Source of the DNA: an uncultured Planctomycetia bacterium
Lineage (GTDB): Bacteria > Omnitrophota > Gorgyraeia > CAYVEO01
DNA: 64,000 nt
NCBI GenBank assembly: GCA_964449965.1
Contig: CAYVEO010000001.1
Span: 15,189-79,188 of the forward strand
Direction of reading: 5' to 3'
The notes under the pieces were generated by a model, which was given only the letters and a program-made list of their open reading frames with translations, was not told the origin of the DNA and did not search any database. This document shows, piece by piece, positions 27,184-35,768 of this stretch; the stretch's first letter is position 1, and each line of letters starts with the position of its first letter. Both the position numbers and the translations under genes were made by a program.

Positions 27184-28449
27184 TTACTCTTGTTTTTGCC
27201 ATAGTTCAAGTTCTTTTTCTTGAACGGGTATTTCTTTCTTTACTTCTTGACGTAATACAAATCTTTTATCTAAAATGTCCTGCACCGTTACAAGTTCAAT
27301 CTCTATGCCTTCTTTTTTCACTCTCGCCACTTCTTCATAAGCCCCCTTACCAAAGCTGAACGCTACGATGTAACCTTTCATGTTGTTGGTCTGTGTTCTA
27401 TAATGCCGTCTTAAAGCGGTCTCAAAATTGTCTATAACATTCCGTCCCACTCCTTCTGATTGTTTAACCTGTATCGGGGCATGTTCCATAAAACTAAGTC
27501 CGTCTATACCCATATCACCCGATTTACGAGGAGCCGGAGTTCCGTGCATTTCAGTTACCACCCAATATTGGAATTCAAAGGGTTTAAACCTTCTTAAGTC
27601 CTCTACTCTCTTGGGCATGCCAATAAGGTCAAACTCTTCCTCACCCACACCTATTTTCTTAAGACGATTTTTAACTAAAGCAACTGCCGAAGGAGAAATA
27701 TCTATACCTATCCAGTGCCTTCCCAACATTTCTGCTACTGCTAAGGCTGTCCCGCATCCACAGAAAGCGTCTAATACAATATCACCTTTATTACTACTTG
27801 CTTTGATTATTCTTTCTAAAAGTGCTTCGGGTTTTTGAGTGGGATAACCAAGACGTTCTTTTGCCTGACTATTTATAAATGGAATTTCCCAGACGTCCTC
27901 AGGGACTTTTCCTAATGGATGCGTTTTTGTTATTCGTCCAAAAGAAATAGTTTTGTGTTTCGCTTGTCTAACCGTGCCCTCTTTATAAGGAGTTCGGACT
28001 GCATCTAAATTAAAATTATGAGCATCTGCTTTCTTTGAATAGAAAAAGATAGTATCATGTTTTTTCTTAAATCTATCTCTAACAGTCCCCGCAGGGTCGT
28101 GATACCACCATATAATCTCATTCAAGAGATTTTTATATCCAAACACCTCATCACACATCACCTTTAGGTAATGCCCAGCGTGCCAATCACAATGCAAGTA
28201 AAAACTACCTGTAGGTTTCAATACCCTATGTAATTCAATTACTCTTTGCTTCATCCAGTCAATATAAACATTTATTCCGCCCTCCCATCTATCCTCAAAA
28301 CTCCTTATCTCCGCCTCGTCACCCCAGATAATCTCATAATGACGGTTGCTGAAAAATGGTGGGTCAATATAGATAAGGTCAATGCTCTCTTTCTCCATAG
28401 TAGCCAGGATTTCTAAGTTATCGCCACAATATAGTTTGTTCTTAAACAA
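27184..28449 (-). CDS. beta-class N6A/N4C DNA methyltransferase fused to a C-terminal Mrr-like (PD-(D/E)XK) nuclease domain; TTG start
   Basis: Motif IV IDLIYIDPPFFSN precedes motif I VLDAFCGCGTALAVA, which is the beta-class order. C-terminal about 130 aa have KSGDMGIDG...IQVKQ, the Mrr_cat-type D-(G)GIDG/QxK pattern. Confidence 0.75.
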   Translation of the reverse strand: MFKNKLYCGDNLEILATMEKESIDLIYIDPPFFSNRHYEIIWGDEAEIRSFEDRWEGGINVYIDWMKQRVIELHRVLKPTGSFYLHCDWHAGHYLKVMCDEVFGYKNLLNEIIWWYHDPAGTVRDRFKKKHDTIFFYSKKADAHNFNLDAVRTPYKEGTVRQAKHKTISFGRITKTHPLGKVPEDVWEIPFINSQAKERLGYPTQKPEALLERIIKASSNKGDIVLDAFCGCGTALAVAEMLGRHWIGIDISPSAVALVKNRLKKIGVGEEEFDLIGMPKRVEDLRRFKPFEFQYWVVTEMHGTPAPRKSGDMGIDGLSFMEHAPIQVKQSEGVGRNVIDNFETALRRHYRTQTNNMKGYIVAFSFGKGAYEEVARVKKEGIEIELVTVQDILDKRFVLRQEVKKEIPVQEKELELWQKQE

Positions 28450-28635
28450 TTTAGCCCGTCCTCATCACCTCGCCAAAGGATTTTATATCCTGGAATTAAC
28501 CAGGACAGATGAAAACGGGCTATGCCCGCTTCACGCTACCTTTGGCGAGGTTTTTGTGTTTAAAGCGTGTGTCAGTTCTACTATTTTTCTAAAATTTTAC
28601 ATTTCCATTATCACCTTATTTAACTTACCCTTATA

Positions 28636-29157
28636 CTACGGATGAAATCCTATCCGCCTCTTTGGTTTTTCTGCTGTAGTTGGCGGTGTCATAAGTTGAC
28701 GAATCGCTTCAAAGATTGTTTTGATTTCCTCATCATGCTTTTCTATCTTTCTTTCAAGTTGCTCTAACTTATGGGCAAGTTCTTTATGGGTTGAGAGCAT
28801 CTCCTTGAGTCTTACAAATACACGCATGATAGCAATATTTACCTGTATCGCCTGCTTGCCATTGAGGACACTTGAAAGCATTGCCACACCCTGTTCTGTA
28901 AAGGCATAAGGGTTAGCGCCTCCAAAATAAGATTTAGATGGTATGCCATTTTGGCATACCAGTATTTTAACTTCTTTATCATTAAGAATAAACATAAAGT
29001 CTTCAGGAAATCTCTCAATATTTCTTTTCACTTGTCTTTTTAACTGAGCCGTTCCAACTCTGTAAAGAGAGGCTAAATCTCTATCCAGCATAACCTTTTG
29101 CCCTCTAATCAAGAATATCTTTCTCTCTATTATTTCTTGTGGAATTAAATTCGGCAT
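28636..29157 (-). CDS. ORF6N-domain protein (KilA-N/Bro-N-like DNA-binding, phage antirepressor family)
   Basis: IRGQKVMLDRDLASLYRVGTAQLKRQVKRNIERFPEDFMFIL matches the ORF6N signature. Coiled-coil C-terminus. Confidence 0.6.
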   Translation of the reverse strand: MPNLIPQEIIERKIFLIRGQKVMLDRDLASLYRVGTAQLKRQVKRNIERFPEDFMFILNDKEVKILVCQNGIPSKSYFGGANPYAFTEQGVAMLSSVLNGKQAIQVNIAIMRVFVRLKEMLSTHKELAHKLEQLERKIEKHDEEIKTIFEAIRQLMTPPTTAEKPKRRIGFHP

Positions 29158-29185
29158 TTGCGGTTCACCACTCTCTAAAATAAAA

Positions 29186-29211
29186 CAGAGGGTTGAACGA
29201 GCAACCCTCTG
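29186..29211 (-). terminator. Rho-independent terminator downstream of the toxin-antitoxin-like operon
   Basis: Perfect 10-bp stem CAGAGGGTTG/CAACCCTCTG with a 6-nt loop, then TTTTATTTTAG on the minus strand. Confidence 0.6.
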
Positions 29212-29376
29212 GAGTTAATTATCCCATCTTTGTTCTTTGCAAAAATGGGGAGTTCATGAAAGATTCCCTCTTACCATCTCATATCTCTTATATTTCAATG
29301 TAGCCATCTTTTGTTTTACAATCACTATATAATTTCCCTTTGGAAAGAAAACTTTCAAAACCTAAAAGCAGTGTCT

Positions 29377-29574
29377 TCAACTTGCACGTCTGGCAAGCAA
29401 TTCCCGAACCTTAGGAACTAACTTGTTGGGAATCTCCATGAATGTTTGTGAAGTGTCCTCGTAAGCAGCCTCGTCTTCGGCAAGGGCTTCTTCTTCCGAT
29501 TGGCTTTCGTAGTACATGAGAACCTTCCGTACTCGTTCTTCATTCCAACCAGGTGGAAACTTACTTTGTTTCAT
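29377..29574 (-). CDS. small acidic protein, putative antitoxin partner
   Basis: 65 aa. Start overlaps the upstream gene's stop by 4 nt. Acidic (EEEALAEDEAAYED). Confidence 0.35.
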   Translation of the reverse strand: MKQSKFPPGWNEERVRKVLMYYESQSEEEALAEDEAAYEDTSQTFMEIPNKLVPKVRELLARRAS

Positions 29575-29858
29575 ATTTTCCCTTTCCGGCGACGTCGCCG
29601 CCGATATGCAATCAATGGTTTCCCTGTCAATTCATATCCAGTAATCACGAAAACGCTATCTGGTTCTGGGCCCGGCACATAAATAATCCGAAGATACCTT
29701 CCAACCTGAGTCTGTCCAATAGCCACTCTTGAATCTTCTGCACCAGGACGGTCCTCGCCAGAATGCCGGAGGATATTCTCAACCTCGGACTCTCTCACAT
29801 TGTGATTGTATATGTGTGGTAGCCCTGTGTTATGGTCAATGTAGTATCGTATTTTCAA
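29571..29858 (-). CDS. putative toxin (DUF4258-like small basic protein)
   Basis: 95 aa with an Arg/Lys-rich tail. 4-nt overlap with the downstream small ORF, which is typical type II toxin-antitoxin architecture. Lies just inside the right end of the element. Confidence 0.35.
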   Translation of the reverse strand: MKIRYYIDHNTGLPHIYNHNVRESEVENILRHSGEDRPGAEDSRVAIGQTQVGRYLRIIYVPGPEPDSVFVITGYELTGKPLIAYRRRRRRKGKI

Positions 29859-29903
29859 AGAATATCTTCCTTATAAACCGGCCCCATACATATCATCCAC
29901 CTG

Positions 29904-29932
29904 ATGTCCAAAAAGTGTCCACTTTGTGTCCA
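29904..29932. promoter_or_regulatory. integrase arm-type binding repeats, right (3 x (G)TGTCCA, 11-bp register)
   Basis: ATGTCCAAAAAGTGTCCACTTTGTGTCCA, 98 nt inside the element from the right core. Confidence 0.55.
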
Positions 29933-30030
29933 AAATCATACGAATTCATATAAATTGGTATAAGTGCTATTTTGCCTTTTTATCGTCGGTAAAACCATTC
30001 TGAGACGGAGGTTCCGACTTGTCATGTTTT

Positions 30031-30063
30031 CCATTTAGAATGTCCTGACATATCATTGCTCCT
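30031..30063. repeat. attR core (33-bp direct repeat) with the remnant yebC start
   Basis: Identical to 17173-17205. Remnant ORF ATG TCA GGA CAT TCT AAA TGG AAA ACA TGA at 30022-30051 (minus). Confidence 0.8.
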
Positions 30064-30158
30064 TCTTTAAATTAATTATACACCATAAATAAGATTTTGC
30101 AAGAAAATTCCTGACTTCGCCTATACGAGTTTCTTTGAATACATCCTCCCATTCGGTA

Positions 30159-30854
30159 TCATTTTCTCTTCTCCTTCGGGACAATCTCCTGTTCCTGTTT
30201 CAACTTTACTATAGAATCCGGAGGGCAATATCCCCTCCATGAAATATTTGTATATAGCCTGCTTCTTTTCCCTATCAGGGAGCCTGGATTCAGGATAGAG
30301 TCACAACCTATCTCAACCTCATCCCCTATAATCGCTCCGAATTTCACAAGCCCTGTTTTATACCTCCTGCCTTTTATATTAATAACTATGGGTTCCTGGG
30401 TTAATTTTATATTGGATATCTTTACGCCTGCACCTAAATGCGTTCTCCAGCCAAGTATGCTGTTACCAACGTAGGCAAAATGCGGGACATTTGATTCATT
30501 AAACAATATGGAATTCTTAAACTCACAGCAATGTCCGAGTATGACTCCATTACCTGCGATAACGTTTTCACGGATATAAGCCCCATGCCTGACAATGGAG
30601 TTATCACCGATAATAGCAGGACCGCTTATAAAAGCGCCCGGTTCCACGATTGTGCCTTTTCCTATATAAACGTTATCTGATACTATCGCTCCATCCATTA
30701 CCCTGCCATATATACCTGGTTTAAGGCGTTTTTGGACGTAACCTTCTAAACCCTTTAATGCATCCCATACATATTCCACATTCTTAAACATGTCCCTGAA
30801 TTCAAATTTCGTTAAGTCAAAAAAGTCTGCAGGCTTTAACATTTCACGTTCCAA
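30159..30854 (-). CDS. hexapeptide-repeat (left-handed beta-helix) transferase family protein
   Basis: Repeated [LIV]-G-x-x-x-x-I hexapeptides (IGKGTIVEPGAFISGPAIIGDNSIVRHGAYIRENVIAGNGVILGH). Confidence 0.5.
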   Translation of the reverse strand: MEREMLKPADFFDLTKFEFRDMFKNVEYVWDALKGLEGYVQKRLKPGIYGRVMDGAIVSDNVYIGKGTIVEPGAFISGPAIIGDNSIVRHGAYIRENVIAGNGVILGHCCEFKNSILFNESNVPHFAYVGNSILGWRTHLGAGVKISNIKLTQEPIVINIKGRRYKTGLVKFGAIIGDEVEIGCDSILNPGSLIGKRSRLYTNISWRGYCPPDSIVKLKQEQEIVPKEKRK

Positions 30855-31650
30855 TCTTTACGGGTGACAATATCCCCCTTAACATAGCAATGGCAGAAAG
30901 AATAGCCAGATAACTTGTCTTTGGATTATCAGGTGAAGGGATGTTCTCTGTCTTAGTGGTCAATTTCCCAAATTCACCTTCTGCCTCTATTTCATGGGTA
31001 TTGAATTTATAATCAGGTGAAGTAATAATCCTCACCCTTGTTTTATCAACACCGAGCCCGGCAAGGCTCAATGCAACTGATACATTTATATTCTGGGGGA
31101 ACCCTTCTATAGCCTCTCTTGCGCTCCCTTGAAATATGAGGGTCTCACCTTTTATGCTGTTGAGGTCAATCCTGTTCTGGACAATATACGGTGCACCATT
31201 TAAAGAAAGAGGCGGCTTTCTTGTGGTAAGAACTACCATCTTTATTCCACCTATAAGCGCCCCTTTTATCCCATCTAATCCGCATATGGCTCCACTCGGG
31301 ACATAGATGCGGCAGGATTTCGTTTTAGCCTCTTCAAAGAGGTCTATAGAGTCAATTAACCCTCCTACGCTCATAACCATTATATCCTTACCCTTAGATA
31401 TAGCGGCTCTTGCTATCTTTGCGCAAGCTTCTTTGGAGGCAGATTCAATTATTAAATCGGCTGAACAAGTGAGTTCTTCCTGGGACAATATGGGGGGATG
31501 GGGATTAATAGATTGAGATAAGGCTTGGGATTTATTTCTGTCTATATCATATATGCCTATAAGGCGAGAGTCTCCCGGGAAATTTTCCACAATAGCCCTG
31601 GCAAGTTTAGAACCAATTGTCCCGCAGCCTATAATGCCTATTTTGAGCAT
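30844..31650 (-). CDS. nadX: L-aspartate dehydrogenase
   Basis: MLKIGIIGCGTIGSKLARAI Rossmann N-terminus. About 268 aa NadX family. Adjacent to nadA. Confidence 0.75.
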   Translation of the reverse strand: MLKIGIIGCGTIGSKLARAIVENFPGDSRLIGIYDIDRNKSQALSQSINPHPPILSQEELTCSADLIIESASKEACAKIARAAISKGKDIMVMSVGGLIDSIDLFEEAKTKSCRIYVPSGAICGLDGIKGALIGGIKMVVLTTRKPPLSLNGAPYIVQNRIDLNSIKGETLIFQGSAREAIEGFPQNINVSVALSLAGLGVDKTRVRIITSPDYKFNTHEIEAEGEFGKLTTKTENIPSPDNPKTSYLAILSAIAMLRGILSPVKIGT

Positions 31651-31653
31651 ACA

Positions 31654-32625
31654 TTAGTATCCTGCCACTGCAGCCCACTTTTTATCGCCTGAAATCTCAA
31701 GCATCCTGTCCAATGACCTTTTGGCACGCACCCTTACCTCTTCAGGAACTTCAATGACGTTAGTCATAGTCTCAAGTGCATGTGCCACCCAACCCAGCGT
31801 AGTCAGTTTCATCGTTGGGCAGACTAACTTATCAGTGGGTATGTAAAAGGACTTATCAGGATTTTCTTTCCTGAGTCTATATAACATACCGGATTCCGTG
31901 CCGATGATAAATTTTCCCGCCCCGGATGCCTGGACATACTTGAACATCCCTCCTGTAGAACATATATGGTCTGCGCGGTTGAGCACCTCAGGATTACATT
32001 CAGGGTGGGCAACAAATTCTGCATCAGTATGTTCGCTCTTTGCCTGGACAACGTCCATTTCAGTGAGCCTTATGTGCGTGGGGCAAAATCCATTCCATGG
32101 AATTATTTTCTTTTCGGGAACCTTTGACTGAACGTATTTTGCAAGGTTTTTATCAGGGACGAAGATAACCCTTTTATGGGGTATGGAACGAACCACCTCT
32201 ATGGCATTGCTTGAGGTACAGCATATATCACTTTCAGCCTTAATCTCAGCCGATGTATTCACATAGCATACGACTGCGGCATCAGGATATTCCAGCTTCT
32301 TTGCCTTTAATTTCTCAACGGTTATCATGTTCGCCATCGGGCACCATGCCTCTTTTACAGGCAGGAGCACCGTCTTTTCCGGATTAAGTATTGAGGCGCT
32401 CTCTGCCATGAAATCCACTCCGCAGAATACAATCACATCCGCATCCGTGCCAACGACAGCCTGGCTCAATGCCAATGAATCGCCGCTTACGTCTGCTATA
32501 TCCTGCACCTCATCCCTCTGATAATTATGGACGATGATTATCGCATTTCTTTTTTCCTTGAGTTCCATTACCTTCTGTTTCAGGTCTTCTTTGTATTCTT
32601 TATCACTCTTCTCAAATCCTGTCAT
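31654..32625 (-). CDS. nadA: quinolinate synthase A
   Basis: 323 aa. IIVHNYQRDEVQDIADVSGDSLALSQ and three-repeat NadA fold with the conserved Cys triad. Confidence 0.85.
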   Translation of the reverse strand: MTGFEKSDKEYKEDLKQKVMELKEKRNAIIIVHNYQRDEVQDIADVSGDSLALSQAVVGTDADVIVFCGVDFMAESASILNPEKTVLLPVKEAWCPMANMITVEKLKAKKLEYPDAAVVCYVNTSAEIKAESDICCTSSNAIEVVRSIPHKRVIFVPDKNLAKYVQSKVPEKKIIPWNGFCPTHIRLTEMDVVQAKSEHTDAEFVAHPECNPEVLNRADHICSTGGMFKYVQASGAGKFIIGTESGMLYRLRKENPDKSFYIPTDKLVCPTMKLTTLGWVAHALETMTNVIEVPEEVRVRAKRSLDRMLEISGDKKWAAVAGY

Positions 32626-32642
32626 GTCATTTCACTCCTTAA

Positions 32643-32687
32643 ATTAGGCCGAGCAAGCTCGGCAACTACAATATTTTGAAATTCCTG
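32643..32687. repeat. 45-nt conserved intergenic hairpin element, copy 2 (in the nadA leader, downstream of panD)
   Basis: ATTAgGCCGAgCAAGcTCGGCAACTACAATATTTTGAAATTCCTG. The stem pair is flipped relative to copy 1. Confidence 0.7.
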
Positions 32688-32714
32688 TACTCTGAATTAG
32701 ATTCTCGTTATCTT

Positions 32715-32739
32715 GACAGGCGGGACGCCTGTCCTACTT
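32715..32739. repeat. GC-rich post-stop hairpin element, copy A (GACAGGCGGGACGCCTGTCCTACTT); the panD stop codon lies inside it
   Basis: On the minus strand TAGGACAGGCG-TCC-CGCCTGTC gives an 8-bp stem and 3-nt loop. Matches 51173-51197 at 24 of 25 positions. Confidence 0.65.
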
Positions 32740-33090
32740 TATCTTTTTTATCTTATTCCTTTCATCCAAAAATACAATCTTTGGCTTAAGAGACTTAGCA
32801 TCATTGGTTTCCATAAGGCAATAAGAGATTATAATCACAATATCTCCAATTTCAGCCCAGCGTGCAGCAGCCCCATTCATACATATCGTGCCTGAGCCGT
32901 TTGGACCCTCCATAACGTAAGTTTCTAATCTTGAACCATTGTTCAGATTGACAATCTGCACTTTTTCATTTGGCAGTATATCCGCGGCAGCAAGTATCTT
33001 CCTGTCTATCGTGACACTACCCATATATTTAAGGTTCGCATCAGTAACAGTGGCATGGTGTATCTTTGACTTGCACATTATCCTTAACAT
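32734..33090 (-). CDS. panD: aspartate 1-decarboxylase
   Basis: [33 protein letters not shown] with the Gly-Ser self-cleavage site. Confidence 0.9.
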   Translation of the reverse strand: MLRIMCKSKIHHATVTDANLKYMGSVTIDRKILAAADILPNEKVQIVNLNNGSRLETYVMEGPNGSGTICMNGAAARWAEIGDIVIIISYCLMETNDAKSLKPKIVFLDERNKIKKIK

Positions 33091-33099
33091 ATTGTCCTC

Positions 33100-34215
33100 T
33101 TACAATATCACCAGATTGTCCCTGTGGACAACCTCATCGTAATACTTATAGCCGAGTATTTCCTCTATCTGGCGCGTCTTGGCGCCTTTAATCTTACGGA
33201 GTTCTGAAGAGGAATAATTTACAAGTCCCCTTGCAAATTCTATGCCGGACCCTTCCTCTATGAGCACCATATCCCCCGGTTCAAAATCTCCTTCTAAACC
33301 TACTATACCGGATGAAAGCAGACTCTTACCTCTGTGTATTAATGCCTCCTTTGCACCGCTATCAACGATAACCTTGCCTTTTGATCTGGACGTATAGGCA
33401 ATCCAGTGTTTCTTTGCATCTAACTTGTCAGGGCTTGATAAAAATAGCGTCCCTACATCTTCACCACTGATTATTCTTAAAATTATATCCTTCTCCCTGC
33501 CGTTTGCAATCACAAGTGAAATGCCGGCATGGGTAGCTATTTTCGCAGCCTCTATCTTTGTAGCCATACCCCCGACGCTTACGTGCCGGGCAGTCCCATC
33601 TGCCATTTTCTCTATTTCAGGAGTAATTTTCTTTACCAGACTCACCAAATCGGTTCTTGAACCCGCAGCAGGATTTCTCGTATAAAGACCATCAACATCT
33701 GACAGGATTATCAATAAATCTGCACCAATCAGGTTTGCTACCAGACTGGACAGCCTGTCGTTATCCCCGAATTTTATTTCATCTACAGCAACAGTATCAT
33801 TCTCATTAACTACAGGGACTATGCCGTGGTCAAGAAGCGTCATTAACGTATTTCTTGCGTTTAGATACCTTGTCCTGTCTTTTAAATCTTCCCGTGTCAG
33901 AAGTATCTGTGCGGTAAGGCACCCCCTCTTCCTGAAGGATTCCTCATAAAGCCTCATCAATCTGCTCTGTCCTATGGCTGCAGTAGCCTGCTGTTCCGGC
34001 AGTGACCCGGGCCGCCTTTTAATTCCCAGAAGCCCCATCCCGGCTCCAATAGCCCCTGATGTAACTAAGACTACTTTCTTATTGTCCTTCAATGCAGATG
34101 AGACCTGTTCTGCCAGATTATCAATCATGGAAACGGACAATTGGTTGTTATCTTCTGTAAGTATGCTCGTCCCCACTTTAACGACTATTTTCTTGATTTT
34201 TAAAAAATCCCTCAC
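33100..34215 (-). CDS. proB: glutamate 5-kinase (with PUA domain)
   Basis: [14 protein letters not shown]-terminus, amino-acid kinase fold and C-terminal PUA. Confidence 0.9.
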   Translation of the reverse strand: MRDFLKIKKIVVKVGTSILTEDNNQLSVSMIDNLAEQVSSALKDNKKVVLVTSGAIGAGMGLLGIKRRPGSLPEQQATAAIGQSRLMRLYEESFRKRGCLTAQILLTREDLKDRTRYLNARNTLMTLLDHGIVPVVNENDTVAVDEIKFGDNDRLSSLVANLIGADLLIILSDVDGLYTRNPAAGSRTDLVSLVKKITPEIEKMADGTARHVSVGGMATKIEAAKIATHAGISLVIANGREKDIILRIISGEDVGTLFLSSPDKLDAKKHWIAYTSRSKGKVIVDSGAKEALIHRGKSLLSSGIVGLEGDFEPGDMVLIEEGSGIEFARGLVNYSSSELRKIKGAKTRQIEEILGYKYYDEVVHRDNLVIL

Positions 34216-35170
34216 GCTTCAATTCCCTGGCTATATCATCTATCAGATTGTCTATTCCTTCTTCTGTCTTGCACGATATAGGATAGACCTTAACTTTCAC
34301 TTTTGATTTGAAATCCTTTAGATTTTCCTTTGCCTGAGAAAGGTCCATCTTATTCGCTGCTACTATCTGTGGTTTCCCGGCAAGTTCTTCTGAGTAAAGT
34401 TTCAATTCCATGTTAAGGGATTTATAATCCTCAACGGGATTTCTACCGTCCACCCCGGCCATGTCTATTATGTGTAATAATAGATGAGTTCGTTCAATAT
34501 GTTTAAGGAAATTTATGCCTAATCCCCTGCCTGAGTGAGCACCTTCTATTAATCCGGGAATATCCGCAGCAACAAAATGTTCCTCATCAACATTTACAAT
34601 ACCCAGGACAGGTGCAAGCGTAGTAAAAGGAAAACTTGCAACCTTCGGATGTGCATTAGAGATACGGGAAATGAGTGAGGATTTACCTGAATTTGGATAG
34701 CCGATAATACCTGCGTCAGCTAACAATTTTAATTCTAAATATAGGTGCCTCTCTTCTCCTTTCCCGCCATCAGTAACTGTGCGGGAGCCGCTGTTACCCC
34801 TGCCGCCCCTGCCGCCATTAACAACAATCACTTCATCATTTATTACAACCATATCACGCAGGAGATACATCGTGCCGGCATCTTTCACCACGGTCCCAGG
34901 CGGGACTTTGATGATGCAATCCTTGCCGCGTCTTCCTTTTTTGTTCTTTCCGCTGCCATGTCCGCCAGATTCTGCGCGAAAATGCCTCCGGTACTGAAAA
35001 TCCATCAGCGTATGGACATGACTATCTACCTTTATAATAACGTCTCCCCCATCACCGCCGCCGCCGCCGTCCGGTATAGGAAACCTCGTGAATTTGTCCC
35101 TGTAAAAACTTGTTACCCCTTTTCCGCCATCACCTGCCTTAACGTATATCTTTGCAGTGTCTATGAACAT
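34178..35170 (-). CDS. obg: GTPase Obg/CgtA
   Basis: [24 protein letters not shown] Obg fold with Gly-rich repeats. G1 motif [10 protein letters not shown]. Confidence 0.9.
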   Translation of the reverse strand: MFIDTAKIYVKAGDGGKGVTSFYRDKFTRFPIPDGGGGGDGGDVIIKVDSHVHTLMDFQYRRHFRAESGGHGSGKNKKGRRGKDCIIKVPPGTVVKDAGTMYLLRDMVVINDEVIVVNGGRGGRGNSGSRTVTDGGKGEERHLYLELKLLADAGIIGYPNSGKSSLISRISNAHPKVASFPFTTLAPVLGIVNVDEEHFVAADIPGLIEGAHSGRGLGINFLKHIERTHLLLHIIDMAGVDGRNPVEDYKSLNMELKLYSEELAGKPQIVAANKMDLSQAKENLKDFKSKVKVKVYPISCKTEEGIDNLIDDIARELKREGFFKNQENSR

Positions 35171-35406
35171 TGAACAATACTGACTTTACCACCATTGCTG
35201 AATTCCACTTTCCCGTCTGTCAGGGCATAGATTGTATAGTCCCTGCCTAATCCTGCATTTAACCCTGGCTTGAAAATAGTCCCTTTCTGTCTCAGTATGA
35301 TATTCCCTGCCTTTACCAATTGGCCGCCAGAACATTTAAGACCAAGCCGTTTGGAATTGCTGTCCCTGCCATTCCTTGTGCTGCCCATTCCCTTTTTATG
35401 CGCCAT
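35161..35406 (-). CDS. rpmA: 50S ribosomal protein L27
   Basis: [24 protein letters not shown]. Confidence 0.9.
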   Translation of the reverse strand: MAHKKGMGSTRNGRDSNSKRLGLKCSGGQLVKAGNIILRQKGTIFKPGLNAGLGRDYTIYALTDGKVEFSNGGKVSIVQCS

Positions 35407-35421
35407 TTAAATACCCTCCTA

Positions 35422-35733
35422 TCAGACTTTTATTTCCTTTACCATCAATTTAGTCAATCTCTGCCTATGGCCTTTCTTTGACTTAGAAGATTTTCTCCTG
35501 CGATATTTAAAGGCTATTTTCTTTTTATCCCTTATCTGAGAAACCACCTCACAGGAAATACTTACCCCGCTTAAAAATGGTTTCCCAATCTCAATGTCTC
35601 CATCACGGGATAATAATAAGACCTTATCCAGCGTTATTACATCCCCTTTGTCGGCATTGATTTTCTCTACGTCAAGTAAATCCCCCTGTGCTATCTTATA
35701 CTGTTTGCCTCCGGCCTCTACAATCGCATACAT
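35422..35733 (-). CDS. rplU: 50S ribosomal protein L21
   Basis: MYAIVEAGGKQYKIAQGDLLDVEKI. Confidence 0.9.
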   Translation of the reverse strand: MYAIVEAGGKQYKIAQGDLLDVEKINADKGDVITLDKVLLLSRDGDIEIGKPFLSGVSISCEVVSQIRDKKKIAFKYRRRKSSKSKKGHRQRLTKLMVKEIKV

Positions 35734-35768
35734 GTTTTAACTTGCTCCTTTCATTTAATTTAAGTATA

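Larger units (their letters stand above)
17173..30063. mobile_element. integrated element (P4-like/integrative island, about 12.9 kb) in the 5' end of yebC, bounded by 33-bp direct repeats
   Basis: Perfect direct repeats CCATTTAGAATGTCCTGACATATCATTGCTCCT at 17173-17205 and 30031-30063. A tyrosine integrase sits at the left end. Excisionase, primase, MTase, toxin-antitoxin and cargo genes lie between. The right-end copy retains a 9-codon yebC remnant (MSGHSKWKT*). Confidence 0.8.

Noticed and set aside
29904-29932. Possible CRISPR-like repeat (GTGTCCA x3)
   Set aside because: The repeats are 7 nt with 4-nt spacers. That is far too short and irregular for CRISPR, and there are no cas genes. 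Their position by the att cores fits integrase arm sites.
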